Part shown: positions 7,721 to 15,797 of the stretch, one piece after another
Position numbering within the stretch: the first letter of the stretch is position 1
How the letters are laid out: every line of letters begins with the position of its first letter
DNA from: Pirellula staleyi DSM 6068
GTDB lineage: Bacteria > Planctomycetota > Planctomycetia > Pirellulales > Pirellulaceae
NCBI GenBank assembly: GCA_000025185.1
Contig: CP001848.1
Span: forward strand, 60,001-92,000
Reading direction: 5' to 3'
DNA length: 32,000 bases
The notes under the pieces: model-generated
What the model was told of the DNA's origin: nothing
The model's database searches: none
Seen by the model: the letters and a program-made list of their open reading frames with translations, nothing else
Made by a program: the position numbers and the translations under genes

Positions 7721-9991
7721 ATGGACACCGATCAACTCGTTGCGCTATTGCAAACACCGAAGGGAATGGCCGCCGGGGGTGGCATTGCGGTGCTGCTGTG
7801 CGTCGCGATCTACATGAACGGCTGTCAGGGAGACAACAAAGACAACCTGAGGCGTTTTGCGCTCTCGAATGCCGCAGCGGAGTCGGAACCACCACCCGCA
7901 CCTGCCGAGACGCCTAGCCCTGAAGGGGAAACGCCCGGAGCCGAGCAGCCTGCTGGCGAGCAACCTGCAGCCGCAACGCCCGAAGCTCCCACCGAGCAGC
8001 CCCCTCAAGTAGCAGCCGCGTCTCCCGAGGCCACAGCGCCTGCAGTTGGTCAGCCCGTCAACCCATCCGCAGTGGCTCCACCTGGATCGGTTCCGCCGAG
8101 CGGAACTCCCACCGCGCCGCAGGCTGCTGGCGAGAATGCGATTGCTTATTCGCAAGATCAGCCGCAACTGATCATTACCGTGACACGTCCAGAATTTCCG
8201 CTCGAGGTCGAGCGTGCACGAGCACAGTCGATCGACAACTTGCAGCGCATCGCCGCCGCTCTGGAAGCTTACAGCCAAAGCACTCGCACCTACCCACCAC
8301 TCGCCTCGCGCGATGCGGAAGGACGTCCTCTCTTGTCGTGGCGCGTTCATCTGTTGCCGCAACTTGGCTACGCCAATCTCTATCGCCAATTTCGACTCAC
8401 CGAGCCTTGGGATAGTGCGTACAACCGTCAGCTCATCGCGCAAATTCCTCCGGTTTACATGAGCCCCGAGCGATTCGACGAGAAAACAAACTACTTGGCG
8501 GTAGCAGGTCGCGACCGAGCATTTTTCGGCACGATTCCACGCAGTCCTGAGGAGTTTGAAGATCCGCGCGACGCAACCCTTGTGGTTCTCGAAGTCGATG
8601 ATGCGGCGAGTGTTCCTTGGACACAGCCGATCGATTATGCGCCACCTAGTTCAGCGCCACGAACAAGCGCCGGTCATTTGCGCGCTGATGGATTATTCGC
8701 CATTCTCGCGACCCACCAAGTGACCCGTGTTCCCAGCACGGCCAGCGATTTCGATCTCGCCGCGATGTTCTCCATCGATGGTGGCGAACAACTTCCGATT
8801 CAAGATCTGCTGGCCACTGCCACCTCGGCGATCGATTCGCAAACGGTCGCGAAAGCGAGCATTCCCGAGCCCACGCTCCCTGGAGTCGGCGGCGTGAAGC
8901 CGATGAATTCGGCGGGATCGTCGGGCTCGCTTGCCACCGGTCCGTTGCCGCAAGCGACGCTCGATGCAATCGATCACGCACTTCACAAAGAGAAGCTCAC
9001 GCCAGCTAACGACATTCGCCTTCCGGTTCCCGACGAACGGTTGCTCACCACTGCCCGCGAACAGCTTCGCGAACTGTATGGGAAAGAATATGAAGCTGCC
9101 AAACGACCAGAAGATAAACAGAATTTGCTGAAGAAACTGGTCGACGACTCGATTCGACTGGCAGATGACCCACCCGCCTACTACGAGGCGCTGCGTATCT
9201 GTTTGTCGATGTCGTGTGCCCTTGGAGAGACCGAGACAGCACTGCGGATTCTCGAGCTACTGGAACTCAAGTTTCAGTTCGACGGTCTGACGTGGCGCGC
9301 AAACTCCCTCGAGGCGCTGGCGAAAACCGTCCGCACACAGCAGCAGATCGACACGCTTTATGGCGAAGCGCAGCGGCTGCTGATTTTGCTTCTGAACGAC
9401 GATAACTACGCCGCCGCACTCAAGTCGCAAGAGACACTCCTGGCCATTGCGCGACGACGTGGCAACCGCGCCGAAACGAACTTCATTTCGCAGCAACTCA
9501 AAACACAGATCGAGCAGACACAAGAGGCTTATGTTGAAGTTCCTGCAGCACTCGAGAAACTACAAGCCAACCCCACCGATCCGATCGCTTGCGAAACGGC
9601 GGGGACCTATTTCTGCCTCCTAAAAAATCGCTGGGAGGTCGGTTTGCCGCTGCTGGTTCGAGGAGAAAACGTCAAGCTGCGCGTCGTCGCCGCGATCGAC
9701 CTCGAGCCTGAAAAATCCCCCAAGACACTGGTTCAGCTCGGGGATCAGTATTTTGAGATGGCCTCGAGCAGTCCAGCCGTGCAGCGTCTCGGATTTCATA
9801 TGCGAGCGGTCTATTATTACCGTCAAGCCGTTCCGCTGATGACAGGCAATCTGGACAAGCTGAGGATTGAAAAGCGGCTCACAGAAATCGCTAACCACTA
9901 CGGCGCATCTACGGTCGACCGCATGACAGCGGCGATGAATCCTGCTCCTCTCGCGGCCGATCCGGTGGCGGTCGATCAGAATCTCGACTAA
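7721..9991 (+). CDS. Membrane- or lipid-anchored protein: Pro/Ala-rich linker, DUF1559-like domain without a prepilin leader, C-terminal helical-repeat module
   Basis: ATG at 7721. The N-terminus MAAGGGIAVLLCVAIYMNGCQ is hydrophobic, with a possible weak lipobox. PA-rich linker at about nt 7883-8126. DUF1559 hallmark RPLLSWRVHLLPQLGYANLYRQFRLTEPWDSAYNRQL ... TNYLAV ... VPW (about nt 8207-8638). C-terminal block TAGTYFCLLKNRWEVGLPLLVRGENVKL ... LGDQYFEMASS ... RAVYYYRQAVPLMTGNLDKLRIEKRLTEI. Confidence 0.8.
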   Translation: MDTDQLVALLQTPKGMAAGGGIAVLLCVAIYMNGCQGDNKDNLRRFALSNAAAESEPPPAPAETPSPEGETPGAEQPAGEQPAAATPEAPTEQPPQVAAASPEATAPAVGQPVNPSAVAPPGSVPPSGTPTAPQAAGENAIAYSQDQPQLIITVTRPEFPLEVERARAQSIDNLQRIAAALEAYSQSTRTYPPLASRDAEGRPLLSWRVHLLPQLGYANLYRQFRLTEPWDSAYNRQLIAQIPPVYMSPERFDEKTNYLAVAGRDRAFFGTIPRSPEEFEDPRDATLVVLEVDDAASVPWTQPIDYAPPSSAPRTSAGHLRADGLFAILATHQVTRVPSTASDFDLAAMFSIDGGEQLPIQDLLATATSAIDSQTVAKASIPEPTLPGVGGVKPMNSAGSSGSLATGPLPQATLDAIDHALHKEKLTPANDIRLPVPDERLLTTAREQLRELYGKEYEAAKRPEDKQNLLKKLVDDSIRLADDPPAYYEALRICLSMSCALGETETALRILELLELKFQFDGLTWRANSLEALAKTVRTQQQIDTLYGEAQRLLILLLNDDNYAAALKSQETLLAIARRRGNRAETNFISQQLKTQIEQTQEAYVEVPAALEKLQANPTDPIACETAGTYFCLLKNRWEVGLPLLVRGENVKLRVVAAIDLEPEKSPKTLVQLGDQYFEMASSSPAVQRLGFHMRAVYYYRQAVPLMTGNLDKLRIEKRLTEIANHYGASTVDRMTAAMNPAPLAADPVAVDQNLD

Positions 9992-10020
9992 TCCGCTGTG
10001 TCTCTCTGGTGATTGCATCA

Positions 10021-10040
10021 AGGGGCCGCGCGCGGCCTCT
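10021..10040 (+). terminator. Candidate terminator hairpin after the DUF1559-like gene
   Basis: aggggccgcgcgcggcctct forms an 8-bp stem (one G-U pair) around the loop cgcg, starting 30 nt after the TAA at 9989-9991. It is followed by the pyrimidine-rich tcggtccccc rather than a clean U-tract. Confidence 0.4.
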
Positions 10041-10403
10041 TCGGTCCCCCGCAGCGCTCCCAATTCGTCGAGCCACTCTCGCTGCGCAACATTGTGCGCT
10101 ATGCCGATCGGCATTTCATTTTCGAGCACAATTCTGCGGACCTTTTCGAGAGAAATCTCTAAGATCCTCGGATACCGAGCGAACACCTGACGCAAGCAAG
10201 TTGCCGACGAGGGATCGCGCCGAGCGAGCGCTATCGAGCATTCAGACAGCCTCTCTCTGCATGCACTCACGTGCTGTCGAAGGTGAGATAACTTCAAGCA
10301 ACTCCCAGTTTTAGCACGTCCACTGGTTGAGTTTTTCACCTTCAACCGGCGATAATGGGCTCCTGGTTCTGGCGGAGAATGGTGGCTCGCGTTTGCGGAA
10401 TTC

Positions 10404-13400
10404 ATGATGAGTGGTTGTCTAACCGATGCGGTGCTGGTGTCGCTCCTGAGTGGCACACTCACTTCTACCGACAAAGTAGAGGCCGATGAGCACTTGCGCA
10501 CGTGCGAGAAATGCACGGGGCGTCTATCGGAACTGCGCGAAACTTCGATGGGGGACATCTTGTCAAAGCATCAAGCCGAAACTCAGTACGACGTTACGAC
10601 CGACTCGCATCGTCAACTCCCCGGCGGGCGCGATGAAATGTCGCTCGACTTCCACCCCGATATTGAAGCCAAACGCCCCGAAGAACCACTCCCGAACATC
10701 CCGGTCGAAACCTTTATCGACTCCCTTTCGCAAAGCGGACTCCTGCAGCAGTCCGACCTCGAACGCCTTCGCGAGCAATCGATTTCGCCCAACCTCTCGA
10801 GCAGCGCCATGCTGGCCGATTGGCTCGTGAAAGAAGGGAAACTGACGACCTATCAGGCCAACCTCCTCGCCCGTGGTAAAGCGGGTGGACTTGTCCTGGG
10901 AAACTACGTCATTCTCGACATGCTCGGCCAAGGGGGGATGGGAACGGTCTACAAAGCCCTGCACCGCCGGATGAACCGCATTGTGGCTCTGAAAGTGCTC
11001 CCCTCGAGCCTCGGCCGCATGCCCGATGCGCTCTCCCGTTTTCAGCGCGAAGTGCAAGCAGCCGCCCGCTTACATCATCCGCATCTCGCCGCCGCATTCG
11101 ACGCCGATGAAGCAAGTGGCATCCACTTTCTGGTGATGGAATTTTGCGATGGGCCGAACTTGTCGGCCTACGTCAAAGAAGCGGGACCGATGCCGATTGC
11201 CGCAGCAGTCAGACTCATGGCGCAAGCAGCCCGTGGCATGTGGGCCGCGCATCAGCAAGGCGTGGTGCATCGCGACATCAAGCCGGGCAACATGATTGTC
11301 ACGCGCGAAGGGAAGCTGAAAATCCTCGACCTGGGACTCGCTCAGCTGCGCGGTGATACGGCCGAAGAGCCAGCCAGCGACATGACCCAAACCGGGCGTG
11401 TGATGGGAACGGTCGACTTCATGTCTCCCGAGCAAGCCCGCAACGCCAAGAGTGTCGATGCCCGGGCCGACATCTACAGCCTCGGCTGTAGCCTCTACTA
11501 CCTGCTGACTGGCAACACCCCTGCCCCGAATGGGAGTGTCGCCTCGAAATTGCTCTGGCATCAAACGCAGGCATCGCCGCCGATTCGACGCTTTGTGCCG
11601 CAGGCGAGCGAAGCGCTCGAAACCACCCTCGCGATGATGATGGCCAAAGAGCCCGACGATCGTCAGTCGACCATGCAAGAGGTGGCACAGCAGCTCGAAG
11701 CCTGCTTGTCGGAGATGCCCGACGGCCAGCTCGAGATCAACCTCTCCGGCATTTCGCTCCCTGCTTACGACAGCCCGAGCACGATGGGAAACACGGCGAT
11801 TGGGCGTCGCACGCTCATTGAATCGCAAGGAGAAACGATTGTCGGCAGCGACACCGTGCGCTCGCTGGTGAAGCAAGAAGGAACGATCCAGAAAGCGGCG
11901 CAATCGGGAGGCCTCGCGAGTCTGGTGGCGATTGGTGTCGCCATCGCCGCCGTTTTGGTCGCAGCCTTCTATCTGCTGACGAGCGGCAGCGACGATGCGC
12001 TGCTCCAAGTGCAGGTCGACCAAGGGGCTGCCGAGATTGTGATCGACGGCAAAGAAAAACAACTGGCACCCTCCACCCCCAGTCAGCCGCTCGAATTCAA
12101 GCTCACACCGGGCGAGCATCGCGTGGTGATTCGCAAGCCGGGCTTCGCTTCGCAAGAGCGCGTGGTCGAGCTGCGCCGCGATCAACCGACACGCCTATCA
12201 ATCAAACTTCTCGAAGCGAGTGCTACAGCGAGTGGGGACAATCCCAAGCCAACGCCGGTCCCTGTTCCGCCAACGACAACTCCTACGCCAATGCCAGTGC
12301 TGGCTCACGAAGCTGCCTGCAAATGGGCCTTCGCGCTTGGAGGACGGGTGACAGCCGCCAACAGCAGCGGGCGCGAATTTGTCGCCACCACCCCAACAGA
12401 ATTGCCTGCCGAATCGCTAGAAATTCTGGCGATCGATTTCGAAGGACGGGGTGTCACCGACAGCGATCTCGCGTCGCTCGAGTTGGCTCCAGGGTTGCGT
12501 CAACTCTCGCTCGCAGCTACTCCGATCACCGACACCGGCATCGCTAGTCTCGCGAAGCTCAAGTCTCTCGCCAAGCTATCGCTCGCTCGGACTGCGATCA
12601 CCAACAAGGGGCTTGAATCCCTAGCCCGCTTGTCGCAACTCGCTGAACTCGATCTGTCGAGTACGAAGATTACCGATCAAGGGCTGACTCGACTCCTCGC
12701 GCTCAGCAAGCTCGAGCGTCTGTATCTCAGCGACAACAGCCTCAGCGATAATGGTCTCGAGCAACTGGCGATGGCGAAATCGCTGCGGCTCCTTGTCGCC
12801 AGCGGCACCATGCTTTCCGAACGGGGCCACGGTGTGCTGACTGCGGCGCTACCGCAAACCGAAATCACGTGGGATGGAGCCGACATGCAGCGCCAAGTGG
12901 CGCTCGTGCTGCTCGAGCGTGGCGCGCGTCTGTCGGTCGCCGATATGCGGGGCAACATCGTCCCGGTGGTGGCCCGTCGCGAGGATTTGCCCATCGGCCG
13001 ACTGAAAGTTTTGAAAGTCGATTTTGCTGGCTGCCGCACGATTGGCGACGACGACCTGAAGCCACTCGTAGCACTAGCCGACCTCGAATCACTCGCGCTA
13101 TCGGGGACCAAAATCACCCCCGCTGGTCTGGCGAATCTGCATGGCCTAGCGTCCCTGAAATCGATCGATCTTGGGACACTACCACTGACCACCGCGAGTG
13201 TCGAAACGCTGGCTGCCGCGCTTCCCGACTGCAAGATCGAGCGCCGCGAGCCCGCTGACAAGTTGGTCGCTCGCTGGGTGCTTTCGGTTGGTGGTAAGTG
13301 CACGATTACGAGCGACGAGAGCGCGTCGCAAGTCGAACTCACGAGTGCCACCACGGTGCTTCCCGAAGCTGCGATTCACGTCGAGAAGATCAATCTAACC

Positions 13401-14870
13401 GACTGCAAAATTGGCCCCGATGCGCCGCTGGCATCGATCGCCGAACTGGCCAATCTGAAATCGCTGCTGCTGGTCGGCAGCGACATCACCGACGCGCAGC
13501 TGACCTCCATCGCGGGGCTCAAGAGCCTCTCCGAACTAAGCCTCTCCGATACCGCAGTCACCGCGCCAGCGGTCAATGGCCTCCTCGCTCAGCTGCCGCA
13601 ACTTCAGCGTCTGTATCTGTCGGGAACCAAGGTCGATCGAGGTGTGCTGGTCGCGGTCACCAACCTCCCGAAGCTGTCGCATCTATCGCTCGCTGGCATC
13701 GAAGTCGCTCCATCCGATCTGTCGCTGCTGAAGAAGTGTCCGCAGCTCGAGTGGCTCGATCTTTCGTCGACAGGTTTATCGGATGAAGCGAGTCAGCAGC
13801 TCGTCGGCTTGTCGTCGCTTCGTGAACTGGCGGTCCCTAAAAATCCCCTTACCGATGCAGGCCAGGAAGAACTGATCGCCGCGATGCCCAACTGCCACGT
13901 GGTAGGCGATCCGCTCGATCCCCAGCGACTTGCTGCTCGCTGGATTCTGGAAAAGCGCGGTACCGTGGAGCTCGATACCGGCGCGGTCACGAGTCCGAAA
14001 GAACTGCCACGCGATAAGTGTCACGTCCTGGCGATCGATCTGGCTGAACTGGCCAATCTCAAAGCTGCGGAAGTGATACAAGTGATCGCCGGTTGTAGCG
14101 AACTCGAATCGCTCCGGCTGAGCGACACCGCCATCACCGACGCTGATCTCGCAGCCATCGGCAAACTGAAGCTTCTCAAAAAGCTCTACTTGGCGAACCT
14201 CGCGATCACCGACGATGGCCTCGCTAAACTTGCCGAGCTCGAGCTGCTGGAAGTGCTCGATGTGAGTGGTGGGCGAATCACCGGGGCGGGACTAGCCAAC
14301 TTTCGTTCGGCCAGCTCGCTGCAGGAACTGAACCTCTCGAACACCATGCTGACCGATCCCAATCTAGCCGCCATCGCTCCGATGACGAGTTTGATTTCGC
14401 TCGACATGTCGGCCTGCCGTGGTGTGAGCGATGCGGGGCTCAAAAAGCTCGCCGGACTTACGCAGCTTCGTTCGCTCGGACTCCGAGGGACGAAGCTCAC
14501 CGATGCAGCGGCCGAGTCCCTAGCCAGCTATGCGAAACTCGAGCAGCTGGATCTCGATTCGACGAGCATTGGCGACAGCGGCGTCGAGAAGTTGCTCAGT
14601 CTCACCTCGCTCCGACGTCTGGTGCTGGCCAAAACCAGTGTCACCGACGGGGGGGTGGCGTCCCTTGCGAAGCTGAAAGACTTGCGAAGCGTTAGCTTGG
14701 TCCGCACGAGCGTGACCGAAGCTGCTTGCACCGAGCTGGAAAAGGCGATTCCAGGGTGCGTGGTACTGAAGCCAGCTCAGCGTCCGCCGGCCGACAACAG
14801 TGGCAACAACGCCGCTGGTCCCTTTGCCCCGGGCGGCTCGTTTGCGCCGGGAGGATCTCCCGGCACGTAG
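10404..14870 (+). CDS. Receptor-like Ser/Thr protein kinase: zf-HC2-like N-terminus, kinase domain, single TM, PEGA-like domain, four tandem leucine-rich-repeat modules
   Basis: ATG at 10404. H-x3-C-x2-C motif (EHLRTCEKC). Kinase motifs GQGGMGTVYKA, VALKVL, HRDIKPGN, DLG, SPE (about nt 10902-11702). TM LASLVAIGVAIAAVLVAAFYLL (about 11910-11978). PEGA-like LQVQVDQGAAEIVIDGK ... HRVVIRKPGF (about 12000-12212). LRR units of the type LxxLxxLxLxxTxITDxGLxxLA span about 12312-14771. Confidence 0.9.
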   Translation: MMSGCLTDAVLVSLLSGTLTSTDKVEADEHLRTCEKCTGRLSELRETSMGDILSKHQAETQYDVTTDSHRQLPGGRDEMSLDFHPDIEAKRPEEPLPNIPVETFIDSLSQSGLLQQSDLERLREQSISPNLSSSAMLADWLVKEGKLTTYQANLLARGKAGGLVLGNYVILDMLGQGGMGTVYKALHRRMNRIVALKVLPSSLGRMPDALSRFQREVQAAARLHHPHLAAAFDADEASGIHFLVMEFCDGPNLSAYVKEAGPMPIAAAVRLMAQAARGMWAAHQQGVVHRDIKPGNMIVTREGKLKILDLGLAQLRGDTAEEPASDMTQTGRVMGTVDFMSPEQARNAKSVDARADIYSLGCSLYYLLTGNTPAPNGSVASKLLWHQTQASPPIRRFVPQASEALETTLAMMMAKEPDDRQSTMQEVAQQLEACLSEMPDGQLEINLSGISLPAYDSPSTMGNTAIGRRTLIESQGETIVGSDTVRSLVKQEGTIQKAAQSGGLASLVAIGVAIAAVLVAAFYLLTSGSDDALLQVQVDQGAAEIVIDGKEKQLAPSTPSQPLEFKLTPGEHRVVIRKPGFASQERVVELRRDQPTRLSIKLLEASATASGDNPKPTPVPVPPTTTPTPMPVLAHEAACKWAFALGGRVTAANSSGREFVATTPTELPAESLEILAIDFEGRGVTDSDLASLELAPGLRQLSLAATPITDTGIASLAKLKSLAKLSLARTAITNKGLESLARLSQLAELDLSSTKITDQGLTRLLALSKLERLYLSDNSLSDNGLEQLAMAKSLRLLVASGTMLSERGHGVLTAALPQTEITWDGADMQRQVALVLLERGARLSVADMRGNIVPVVARREDLPIGRLKVLKVDFAGCRTIGDDDLKPLVALADLESLALSGTKITPAGLANLHGLASLKSIDLGTLPLTTASVETLAAALPDCKIERREPADKLVARWVLSVGGKCTITSDESASQVELTSATTVLPEAAIHVEKINLTDCKIGPDAPLASIAELANLKSLLLVGSDITDAQLTSIAGLKSLSELSLSDTAVTAPAVNGLLAQLPQLQRLYLSGTKVDRGVLVAVTNLPKLSHLSLAGIEVAPSDLSLLKKCPQLEWLDLSSTGLSDEASQQLVGLSSLRELAVPKNPLTDAGQEELIAAMPNCHVVGDPLDPQRLAARWILEKRGTVELDTGAVTSPKELPRDKCHVLAIDLAELANLKAAEVIQVIAGCSELESLRLSDTAITDADLAAIGKLKLLKKLYLANLAITDDGLAKLAELELLEVLDVSGGRITGAGLANFRSASSLQELNLSNTMLTDPNLAAIAPMTSLISLDMSACRGVSDAGLKKLAGLTQLRSLGLRGTKLTDAAAESLASYAKLEQLDLDSTSIGDSGVEKLLSLTSLRRLVLAKTSVTDGGVASLAKLKDLRSVSLVRTSVTEAACTELEKAIPGCVVLKPAQRPPADNSGNNAAGPFAPGGSFAPGGSPGT

Positions 14871-14895
14871 TTCGGTTATTTTGGTCGCTGATAGC

Positions 14896-14914
14896 GTGGG
14901 GCATTAAGCCCCGC
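14896..14914. terminator. Small hairpin between the convergent kinase and small-protein genes
   Basis: ggggc (14898-14902), loop attaa, gcccc (14908-14912), extended by a G-U pair and a G-C pair to 14896-14914. Short stem and no U-tract. Confidence 0.3.
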
Positions 14915-14925
14915 CCAGGCCGAGA

Positions 14926-15237
14926 CTATTCTTCCACGATCGGAACGAGGTAAGGATCGGCCCAAACATAGCGGCGTTTGGCTTCATTGGCATCGGTCAG
15001 GTACTTGCGCCAAGCGGCTGGTGTGCTGCCAGCCGTGCGGTAAGCAGTCCAGAGCAGATCGAGTTCCTTGGTATACGAATCCCAAGCGGCCCGACGATCG
15101 CGATCTTCTTCGCGACGTTCGAAGCGACGAATGGTAGGCTGGGCAAATTTGCCCACCCCAGCGTGGTTTTCAACGTACTCGCCGGGTGGAACAGCAGTGG
15201 TCGTCAAAGCGAGCGAAATCAGCATGGCCGGAAGCAT
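14926..15237 (-). CDS. Small secreted hypothetical protein (103 aa)
   Basis: ATG at 15237, preceded on the coding strand by ccAGGAGAatcgcaATG (strong Shine-Dalgarno). Hydrophobic N-terminus MLPAMLISLALTTTAVPP. Codon usage resembles neighbouring genes. No recognisable domain. Confidence 0.55.
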   Translation of the reverse strand: MLPAMLISLALTTTAVPPGEYVENHAGVGKFAQPTIRRFERREEDRDRRAAWDSYTKELDLLWTAYRTAGSTPAAWRKYLTDANEAKRRYVWADPYLVPIVEE

Positions 15238-15415
15238 TGCGATTCTCCTGGAACTTTTGCGGGTGACGTCGCAAGTCTAGCTCGCGAATCACAACTTTGC
15301 GCAAACCTCCCATCACCCCTCTGCTTCGTAGCCGTCAAACTCTTGCATGGCAAGTCGCCTTGATCGTTATGTTTTACCTAGAGCAATCAACTCTATCCGC
15401 TTGTGCCGTAAGAGC

Positions 15416-15444
15416 TTGCGACCGAAGGCCCCAGACGTTATGAT
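15416..15444 (+). promoter_or_regulatory. Candidate sigma-70-type promoter far upstream of the RND exporter gene
   Basis: TTGCGA (15416-15421), 17-nt spacer, TATGAT (15439-15444). If used, it gives a leader of roughly 345 nt before the ATG at 15798. Confidence 0.3.
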
Positions 15445-15797
15445 AGTTAACTTCCGGGGAAATCCTGCGCCACGAGGGCAGTTTATTTTCGGAAGGTGAC
15501 CGGCCACCCGAGTCACAAAAGGGATGGAAATACGCCGAGCGACGATGTCCTCTCAAGGACCATTTTGTCCCCTGCCGAAGTTGATGATAGCGCCTGTGGT
15601 GTCGATTGTTGGGAACGTAACGCGAGATGGCTGCTCGAGGATTCGATCGGCTTACCGCGATGAACGATAGCGTTTGGCGATAGTTCGCAGTGATGGCCGT
15701 ACGATGGCGGCTTCATTGCCAAGAACGCTCCAGGCGAGCTAGCAACGGTTGCTTTCCAGTAAGATTGTCCCCTCCATCCTGCCTTAAGCCACCCACG

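Noticed and set aside
9620-10558. 312-aa minus-strand ORF bridging the 9992-10403 gap, including a locally protein-like stretch SLEKVRRIVLENEMPIGIAHNVAQREWLDEL
   Set aside because: It has no stop until 9620, so any version would overlap about 370 nt of the upstream gene and the kinase start. Composition is Arg/Ser-rich with no recognisable family. A decayed gene remnant cannot be excluded without a search.
11070-12185. 371-aa ORF antisense to the kinase gene. The same situation applies at 15513..16697 and 17034..18116 (antisense to the RND gene) and at 25839..26723 (antisense to DUF1552).
   Set aside because: All lie opposite genes with strong family motifs, are Arg/His/Gly-rich and carry no motifs of their own. 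They are GC-driven spurious ORFs.
15690-15797. Upstream alternative starts given by the ORF track: 15690 for the RND gene, 201 for tex and 6481 for the kinase
   Set aside because: These are non-ATG starts that add Arg/Trp/Cys-rich residues not matching the family N-termini. ATG codons at 15798, 228 and 6328 coincide with the start of recognisable domain sequence. The 6481 case is kept as a hypothesis in the findings.
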